Positions 54,526 through 64,000 of a stretch of DNA of 64,000 nt are shown piece by piece (within the stretch, counting starts at the first letter, position 1; every line of letters starts with the position of its first letter). The notes beneath the pieces were generated by a model. That model was not told where the DNA came from. It searched no databases and saw nothing but the letters and a program-made list of their open reading frames with translations. Source of the DNA: the human T2T-CHM13v2.0 reference genome, Homo sapiens; the NCBI RefSeq assembly GCF_009914755.1, contig NC_060929.1. One strand, written 5' to 3'. A program made the translations under genes and the position numbers.

Positions 54526-55961
54526 CTCCTGAAGTCTCCTGGTGTTTCCTATTGATTGCGACCACATTCTCTTCAGTAATTTTCTGTTAGGTCACACTTC
54601 CCCAGACCAGTTGACACATTGTTGTGTTTATTTTTTTTAAATCCAAATGTATTAGTCCACTTAGTATCTTTACTAATCACTCAGTAAGCATTTATTGAGC
54701 ACCAGCTAAGGTCTTTGCCCTTGAGGAGGCATTGCCCAGGGAGGTAGTTTAGCCATGTGTGCAAAGCACTATGGAACAGCCCAGTGACTGCTAAAACTAG
54801 GGCATGTACTGTACCTCTAGAAGGAAAAAGCAGAACACATGCTTTGACCCATGATTTTTTTGGTCAACATTTTAATTTATGTAAAATATTAATGTATACA
54901 AATACTCATAAGTAGGTAAGTTTAATAAGTCACCCTTTTGAGAAGGGTAAAATTATGAAATTAGAAAGTGCTTAGGAAAACTGGAATATATGAGGACTGT
55001 CACAGCAGGGAGTGATTAATTTTTCTAGATACAGGCAGATAACCTGAATCATACTGAGGCAGTGATAATTGATAAGAGGTTAAAGTGATGTCCCTTCCTG
55101 ATGCCATTTACATTTTAATGAAGGGCTATAATGTGTTCAGGGAGTCACATGGGGATGATGCTTACAGAAATGGAACTCGAACATTTTCTGTAAACTCACA
55201 AAGGCAAAGCTATTGGGAACAGGGAATATTTCCTGTAATAAAAAGAAAACCAAACACATATTTAAAAAACAAACAACCCAGTTCTAGGTCCCCGATGATC
55301 TTGGGGACTTTAGCCATGAAAAAAACAGCAAGACCTGGAGCAAAAAGAGCTTGGAATAGAGTCAAATAAGCTTTGGAGGTAGAGTCCTAAGACTAATGAT
55401 GGTATAGGAAATGATACAAGTTAATGATAGGTGGAAAAAATCTTGGCAGTATTCTTCTCAATTTTTATTAAAAATATAAATCAAGAAAGCACGACTTTGG
55501 CAAAAGTTTCTTCACTACACTTTCCTCTTTGCATTGTGGGCTACTTACCCTCACATGAACAAAACCACTCCTGAAGTGTGCAGTCATTTAGAGGTGGAAT
55601 GAAACATTATGGAATTCATTGTTTTTCTCAAACGTAGCGCTGCTAATCACTAAACATGTTTCATTGTGAAAGCTTCCTTCTGATGGCTACTGTGCTTTAT
55701 CAATGGCCCGTTTCCAAATACAAGTTGCTGTATCTCCAAGTACAATGGCCATTAGTATGGACTTGTAATTTCTTTCTTTTTATTGGTGAGATTGTGATGG
55801 ATGTTGGAGATGGCAGTAAAATTACAGACAATACAAACTTTGCTTTTTGAGAAAGAGCTGGCATTGCTGTTCTTACACTAGGTTGCACATTGAAGTCACA
55901 GAAGACAAACCATACTTGTATACAAATCTATTTGACTTCAAGTCTAAAGAGCTGTGTATTT

Positions 55962-56053
55962 GGTTGATAGGTGCAAGAAACCACCATGGCACACATTTAC
56001 CTATGTTACAAACCTGCACGTCCTGCAAATGTATCACAGAACTTAAAAGAAAA
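55962..56053 (+). mobile_element. Very short (about 90 bp) L1PA 3'-terminal insertion
   Basis: 'gataggtgca..aaaccaccatggcacacatttacctatgt.acaaacctgcacgtcctgca'. TSD aaagagctgtgtattt (55946-55961) / aaagaactgtatattt (56054-56069). Confidence 0.88.
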
Positions 56054-59000
56054 AAAGAACTGTATATTTCAATTCAGGGACGAGGTGAGAAGGCACTAAT
56101 ACAAACCAGAAATTCATTTTCCTTGTGTTTTCTAAAGCCCAGCTTTGTACAGTCCCATGAAAAACAAAGATACTTCCCCTGTGTGTATAACAGGGTCATT
56201 CTAAGGACATATTTGTTGGACTTTGCTCTGTTGGCATCTGTTCAAAACAGCTAACAAAAGTCGGTTGGTTCTTACCTTCTGATCACTACCCCAGCCCCCA
56301 ACAAATCACTAGCAAATTCCACTTGCTGAGTGTCCTCCTATTAGCATAATAGTGTGTTTTAATTTGGAGAAGACACATGTGTTTCCTATAAGAAAGTTGT
56401 TTTAGGTCTTTAAATGTCTCTGTCAAACACTTTCTTTTTGTTTGTAGAAATAATTACAGATCAGTACTGTTGAAACCAAAACATCAGAGAAATTGCCTGT
56501 CCCAGTGTTTCTAATTTGGTGGACGTCTGCTCAGTGAATGACAAAAGCTTAGCTTGGCCATGCCAAGAAAAACATATCCAGTTTAACCATTGCAAATACT
56601 GCCTTGGTTATAAGGGATGACAGTCACTGTACTTTGGTTGTTTCCCTCATATCCCAATGAAAGAACCCTCATTCTACAAGGGCACATCTGTTTCTGTGAC
56701 TCCAATAATGGCAGACACCAGGGGACACAGTGACACTTGTCTTTTGATGCTCTTTTCTCCTGACTTTTTAGGAAGCATCTATGTTTGCCCATAGATACTC
56801 AGGACCACTGCATTGATGTCCTAGCTGATGTGTCTCCACTTCTAAATGTTTCATCTTAGACTTTTTCTGATCCCTATCTGGGTGTATTTTTACTATAACC
56901 ATCATAGCTACTAAAGGTAAAATAGTCATACATTGTAATTAAACAAAACATGAAAGGACATACACTAAAATGTTATGTAGAGATGAGACTATAGGTAATT
57001 TTTATTTATTGATCTAAATTTGTTAAAATTTTAATCCAAGCAGGTATTGTAGAAAAGAAAAAAATTTGTTTTTAAAAACTAAGGGTCATTTGGTCTGGGA
57101 AAGGAAAACAAACTATAAATAGAAAAAGAGTAATTCAAATTCCAGGGAATATATAAATGGTGATCACAAGTATTGATGTTAAATCTTGTGAGCACAGAGA
57201 AGAGAGAGCAAATACTAAGCATCAGAGGTGGTGGACTGCAGCTAGCATGAACTCAAATCAACAATAATAGCATTCAGGCATCTGAGAACTGCTTCATTAA
57301 GACGTTCCATATATTATCTCACAATAACTCTATTATGGAAGTAATGTTATTTTTCTTTTTTAAGATGAAAACATTTTGGTACAGAAATAAAAACTTGTCC
57401 TAGATCCCATGACTGGTATGTTTCATAGCCAGTATTAATGGAGCCCACTAATGCCAAACACTGCTTTACTCATCGTGGCGTATTCCCTAGAAGGGGAGGA
57501 AACACTCAGAAAGGAAAATTTTCTTTGTTCAAAGTCCACATGTGTGTTTGGCAGTAAGGTAGAGGAAGGTGGATGGTGACAAAAATGGAACCACTCAGGC
57601 AAATAGCGTTTCCTTCACCTGATACGCTTTTTGTCTGATATCAAGTCATGGGTCAGGAAAAATGGAAAAGTTCTTTTTCAGCATAGGAAGTCATTATTCA
57701 GAGGCTCTTATACTTCTTTCAGAATAAAATGTAATGCAACACTTTGGGTTTAATTTTTGGAACTGCACAGCCAAACTTTCTGCAAACTTTCTTTGGATGA
57801 TGTATACTGTCTGTTAAGTTGTCTGCTCTTGAATACCTGGTTGGAGATGACATGGAGTTCATCCTTTGAGGCTCTATAAGAGCATTTTGGGCCTGTTTGT
57901 GAAATGCCCTGCTAGTTCTACAAACTGAAGGATTTTTAAGAGGTATAATGAGTGTATGCAGGTGATAAATCCGACAAAAATAAGTGTTTTACCATTCTGA
58001 TGAAACATACGGAGTGTGAAAGGTACATAAAATTTATTTGATCTTATGCATCACCTATCTGCAGAAGAACCTTAAAATTCTGAGCATTCATCTAAATGGC
58101 TGACAACATAATTTGGCATTTATTAGACCAGTTCAGATATCAGGGCTTAATTTGCGTCTTCGAATAAGCTTTTGGCTTCATTACATTTTCAAGGAACTCT
58201 CTCATATGTGTATCTACAAAAAGGTAGGCCAGAATGACACTTTTTGTATCTTTTGTTTGCTAAATTGCAATGTCAGGATAATAAATGCTGTGGTTGGAGT
58301 ATGTGTGTGTTTCATCTCTCTTAGGGAATTCGGTACTTCAAGGGCTTTCCTCTTCAACATTGCAGATAAAACACTCCATCACACTGTTTAGTGAAAGAGA
58401 CACTTTCTCCTTCAAGATGCCTGCTCAGCTGTTCCACAGCTGAAGAGCTGGGAAGACTTAAATTACATTCTTTTTCCTGCCATTAAAAGGGAATCGGGGG
58501 TTGGGGGGGACAAGAAACTTGCATCTGGTTCAATTTCTTTGCCAAATTCTTCATTTAATTGTTTTGTAATTTGAAGAAAACCACAAATGACAAGATGAAA
58601 TTGCTAGGAATATAAATCCAGAATTTAATTGTTCTTGTCAGGATTTCAATTCCCAAACCATGGTAATCTGAATCTCAGTTTTCTGAGCAACAAACATGAA
58701 AAGCATTGGAGGCTGATGCTGAGTTTGCAAGCCATCATGATCCCCACCACCCCCACCCCCTACCACGTTCACAAAACTGTCTTCAATCAGAGAAAGCGAG
58801 GAAGGAAGTTGACTTCTCTTATCCCTGTGGATTTGATCCCAACAGCTGGAATCCCAAAACAAGTTTTCTCAAGAAGAAATCATCACATCAAGCCCAAGAT
58901 CCAAAATAAACCAACACCTGAGTGCTAAACACTTAATTGATAGGCTCCTACAAGTTTAGAGCATCTCTGATAGCAATGAGGTTCTCCTAAAGACCTGCCT

Positions 59001-59396
59001 TTATTTTGATTTGTGGCATAAACTTTCCTGGACAAAGAGGCAACTTAGTCTAGTTGGTATTATTCTGGATTTTAAGTTAGGAAACTGAGTTTTCTTCTCT
59101 TGTTCCACTGTCTGAAATGTTATTTTATCTACAGTCATGCTCCATTAGTGTTTGTGGAATGAATGTGTGTGATGAGCAAATGCACAACAGGATGAACCCT
59201 AGTATTTTGCAAAGTGGTTGGATAGACAAACTCCTCAATTCCCCACTCAGTGTTCTTTTCAAGAATATGATGGCTCCAAATTCTAGCTTCCTGGGTCCCT
59301 CATAGATTTCATCCATTTAGATATTGTTCCAGTAGGATCCTCACTCGATGTCCCAAACCTTTTCCTTTTGGTTTCCTTTCATCAAAATTTACCAGA

Positions 59397-59698
59397 GGCC
59401 AGGTGCAGTGGCTCAGTCCTATAAACCCAATACTTTGGGAGAGAGGCAGGAGGATCACTAAAGGCTAGAGTTCGAGACCGGCCTGGGCAATATAGGGAGA
59501 CCCTGTCTCTACAAAAAATAAAAAAATTAAAAAAAAAACTACCCAGGTGTGGTGGTGTGCACCTGTAATCCTAGCTACTTAGGAGATTGAGGTGGAAGGA
59601 TTGCTTGAGCCCAGGAGTTCAAGGCTGCAGTGAACTATGATCACACCACTGCATTCCAGCTTTGAATGAACCCTGTCTCAAACAAAACAAACAAAAAC
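59397..59698 (+). mobile_element. AluJ
   Basis: 'ggattgcttgagcccaggagttcaaggctgcagtga'. TSD aaaatttaccaga (59384-59396) / aaaacttaccaga (59699-59711). Confidence 0.93.
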
Positions 59699-61720
59699 AA
59701 AACTTACCAGATCTTTATCTCATTCCCCTAAAGCTCTGTTTTTGACTGTATTATAATCTAACAAAGTCATTGAGACTAAAATGCTATTGACTTAGAATGG
59801 TTTAATTTGCCATCCAATCCAGATAATTTTCTTTTACCAACCTTAACACAGTTAAGTCACGAGTCATCATAGTCAAAAATCCCAGGGCCTATTATAGAGT
59901 CAAAATGAATTATGTTTGGGGCAATGGAAGTACCTCTTTATGTCTGCAGCCAATTGATTGCTTTCTTTGAGACTAACCTTGAAAGGGAGGATTAGTTCCT
60001 AATCTGACTTCAAGGCACTATTTTATGAAATAGTTTGTAAGAGTGATTGGTTACATTGTATGGTGAGGCAATTTAATCTCCTTTGTATAGACATATTCAT
60101 AAAATTATAGAACAAAAACTGAGTCACCAGAAACAAAAATCTAGAATTACTAAAGTCATGTGCATAAATAAGAAAATATATCATGAAAAGTATTTATCCA
60201 GGAGATCCTTGAGAGATTTTAAAAGAAAGTAGAATTCTACATACACACTTCAAAATAGTTTTTTCAACAACTCCATGATAAGCATGACTCATTACTTAAT
60301 CAAATATGGAAGAGTCTTAAAGTTTATATCATATTTTTGGCCCCCGAAAAATTACATTCACCATATTTCCTCTTCTGATAATAGTAGAAAAATTTAGGCA
60401 AATCGTACTCATTCAAGATAGTTCATATGGGCAGCTCGTAAACTTGTTTACATTGAATCCCACCAATCCATCAAAAATCTTGGTTTCACCAGCATAGAAA
60501 AAGGGTTTTTTCCTCAATAAGAAAAATCTCTAGTTTGACAGCTGCTCTATTATATTTATCAAGAACTTTAACTTTTAGGAATAACAAATAGTGTAGTAAA
60601 AAATACTGCTGGGAATGAATGGTATAGTCCTGGCTTCAATACTCAAATAAGTGAAAATAATGGTTTCTTGTATGCTTAGTTGCACCGTAGTACTTTCTGA
60701 AGATTTTCTGTATTTTACCATATGGATTTTGTATGATCATGCTTACTTAGATCAAAGATTGCAAGCTCTGGTGAATGGCCATGTATTTGCTTCTCAGTTC
60801 ATCCCAGTGAACCACTATATTGAAAACAATTGCCATAAGAGATATTATTATTTCTCCATCTTTAGATTAGCCACATTAACCACCCCTTCCTTGAGAGTTT
60901 TTCAGATAGAGCCAATTGGTTTATTTATGGCGATGCACTTTTCTGATAGGGTACGAGTCATCTTAACGTATCTTTCCAACCACAGAGCTATCTTCTTCCA
61001 TGTTAGTCTGTGAACTGCCTGCTGCCTTTCCCTTACATAGGCCCCAGCCCAGGAGTCAAGTGGTATCAAGTCTCTCATTCCTTTTGGATGCTCCCATAGC
61101 CCAGTTCAGGGATCTGTCTTCAGCCTGTGCTGCCAGCTGTCGTGTGGGAGAGGTGAAGTGGGGATTAAGACTAGGATTTCTCCCTATACACTAATCTCTT
61201 GGGAAATAATTTCAGCTCTTCATATCTGCCCAACTTTCTTGGGGGAGGATTCGAGAAGTATGCGCTACTTGATGTTCTCACACTTCTCAATAACAAGCTT
61301 ATATATGGGCATATTATTTGTAATTTTTAACTAGGACATTGGTGGGAATCTTTCGGCAGGCATGTCCCGATGACTTCGTGCCAGCTGCCAATTACCAATG
61401 TTTTTGTTTTGAATAGAGTTAGTTACTGCATGTGTAGAATCCAACTTTCCCTTATTATATTTCATATTTTATTGTTTGACTTTTAATTTGTTTCAGTCTT
61501 GTATTTGGAGAAATTGTACCTTTTCGTTTTAGTAGAGTCTTGTAACCAACTTCCCCCCTCCCACCCTTGATTGGCATTTCTACTGTGATAGCTACATTTT
61601 CTGTAGTGTCTTGGTGGATGGAAAATCATGGGTCATACTTTTTTTTTTTAACTTGGTTCCATATTTTAAAGTCTTATATTTATTCTCTCCTTAGTGAACA
61701 AATATGCTGCTCTTCTAGAT

Positions 61721-61908
61721 TAGTGGTTCTCAAACTGTAGAGTGCACCAAAATTACTTGGAGGCCTTGTTAAAATATAGATTGCTGGATCCCACCCCAGA
61801 GTTTCTGATTCATTACATCTGGAGTGAAGTTTGATCATTTGTATGTCCAGTGTGTTCCAAAGTGATGCTATTGTTGCTAGTCAGGAGATCGCACTTTGAG
61901 AATCACTC
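61721..61908. mobile_element. MER5A
   Basis: TIRs agtggttctcaaa / tttgagaatcact with TCTAGA-centred flanks. Confidence 0.88.
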
Positions 61909-62998
61909 TCTAGACCATCAAAGGAAGAGGTGCTCTTGACCTTCCCGATGTGTTCCTTACCCACGAAACTAGTATCGTCATGCAAAACCCACCTGTGAAA
62001 TTCTATTGAAAAACTTAGCAAGTACCATGGTGCTACTTAAGGACACAAGGAGCCATTGTTTCCCTTTATTTGAGTATTAAGGCCAGAACTCATGATTCAT
62101 TCTCAAAAGTGCTTCCTACCACAACATTTGACATCCTTAAAAATTAAAGTTTGTGAAAAATGTAATTAAGGTAATTGTCAAAATAGGGATCTTATTCATG
62201 GTGAAACATAAAGACCTACTTGTTTTTATTATGATGAAACCAAAATTTTGTGTGTTTATTATAGACATTTTTATGTTTATTATAGCCAATTCAAGGCTAT
62301 TATGAGATTTCTAGCATTGTCCTTCACCTGCAATCCAATTTTTTCTTGAATAGGAAAGAAAAGGATAGATCTGCTTCTAGCTTAGGATGAATTTTACTAA
62401 TCCTCAGCCTACTATATTTATGACCTTTACTGATCCACTTTTGAATTGTGCCTATTTAAGAGTACTATAAAAGAGTACTATATTTCCTGGTACTCTTTTA
62501 TTTTCTGGGGTAAAGACTTTTGGGGGGATCAAAATATGGCTAACCTTTGGGAACATGTTATTAGTGTGAATATCATGAGCGTAATAGAGGAAAAAAGCCT
62601 GAGATCCACTGTCTCATACGACCAACTGTCACCTCCTTCCCCTTGGATTTATTGAGCTATTAACAGGAAACCAAAACTTGGTTCTGGTGATCAGGACTCC
62701 CACATCATGTGCATGGCAGGGTTGCTGGGCAACATGAAAACCCAACTGAAGAGTCTTAACATTAGCATAGATGATTTAGAAACACAGAAGTAGATGGTGT
62801 CCCCTACTGCAATCTAGATCATCATCTTACCAAAGAGGCAATAGACCCAGCTGCCCTGGAGGCAAACCGAGAGGCTTTGGGAGAAGAGTCTTCAGAACTC
62901 AGAAGAAAGTTGCTAATAAGCACATCAGTCTAACTGAGGCTGAAGCAAGATTCTATGTTCAAAATTTAGTTCTAAAGGAAACAAAGACTTGAACAAGG

Positions 62999-63420
62999 CT
63001 TCATTCATTCATTCATTCATTCATGTATTCACTCATTTAACAAAGAGGTATTGAGGGTCTCTGATGTGTCAGGCACCATGCTGGGCTCTGGGGATCATGA
63101 GGTGAACAAGGAAGACATAGTCATGCATTCCCAGAACTAATATAGTACCACAGGAAAAAGATTAGGAAAGATTAAGCGTCCGGTAAGAGATGTAATTACA
63201 CTTGTACTGTTACTTAAAGAAAAATACAGAAGTTTGGGCAGTCAGGAAAGTTTCCAGGTGGAAGCAAAGTTGTTTAAGCTGAGGCTTAAAGAAAGGAGAA
63301 AAGATTGATTAGGTTAAGAGGAGAGGGCTGGCGGGAAGGGGAAAATGATGGGAGGCTGTCCCAGGTAGAGCAAACAGCAGGTATGAAGTGCCTGAGGCAG
63401 GAGGGAGTGCAGAGTATTGG
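62999..63420 (-). mobile_element. L2 fragment with (TTCA)n tail
   Basis: (TTCA)n then 'tattgagggtctctgatgtgtcaggcaccatgctgggctctggggat'. Confidence 0.8.
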
Positions 63421-63559
63421 CAAACAGATGCAGGGGCTAGATTGCAGCCTTCCCTCACCCGTTCAGCCAGGGATTCTTGTGCAGGGCACAATCTAAATAC
63501 CTACACAGAAACCTGGGGCTGTATACCATGGCAAATTCTCCTTTTTCGTTTTATTTGGC

Positions 63560-64000
63560 CTCTTAGTCATATTTCATACCAGTTTACCACAGCCTTCTTC
63601 TTGAAACACTTTCTTCCCCAGGTTTCCATACCTCACACACCCCTCATCTTCCTTTTACCTATGCTAGTCTTTCCTTCAAAACTGGGCCTCCATTCATATG
63701 TCCCAAGGCCTCATTTTTACTCCTCCACTTTTTATTTGCACACTCCCTTGGTGATCTCTTCTGAACCCGAAGCTTTAAATCTCAATATGGTGATGATGTC
63801 TTCATTATCATCTCCAGCTCTGACTTGCCCTCTGAGACTCACATTCCTGAGTCCTACTGTTTATATGACATCCTTATGTATTTAATATGCATCACCTCAT
63901 AAAAATGAATTACATAGAACTCATTTCCCCCTCATACCCAACCTATTTCTCCATCTCAGGAAGTGGGATTTAATTCTTGTAGTTGCTTGGGTCAAAATCT
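63560..64000 (+). mobile_element. L2 body fragment
   Basis: 'ccttcttcttgaaacactttcttccc...cactcccttggtgatctc...atctccagctctgac'. Confidence 0.7.

Noticed and set aside
61041-61152. Possible plus-strand exon (cccttacatag| ... gag|gtgaag)
   Set aside because: The donor is weak and there is no supporting frame or other evidence.
63388-63885. 165-aa ORF
   Set aside because: Starts at GTG and runs through L2 remnants. No protein-like features.

Overview
Primate genomic DNA, human or great ape judging by a full-length SVA and several AluY copies. The window is repeat-rich and non-coding, either intronic or intergenic. I can support no protein-coding exon, RNA gene or CRISPR array, and the long ORFs in the track are fragments of L1, Alu, SVA and L2 or are chance ORFs. 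The main structure is a 12-kb nested cluster at 12.5-24.8 kb: an old minus-strand L1MA-type element, interrupted by an L1PB element, a full-length SVA (about 2.3 kb) and an Alu. The most unusual item is a 509-bp L1PA 5'UTR piece at 14232-14740. It appears to be a cDNA of a spliced L1 RNA (exon 1 is exactly 97 nt), has no poly(A) or TSD, replaces about 1.2 kb of the L1PB, and keeps the antisense promoter and a re-tailed ORF0. Several other DNA-repair or template-switch scars are visible: patchwork filler at 12.4-12.55 kb, locally templated inserts at 52.8 kb, a complex inverted duplication at 47.3-47.9 kb and a perfect hairpin at 7.25 kb. I found no new multi-gene system. Repeat subfamily names come from remembered consensus sequences, and the boundaries of old repeats are approximate.
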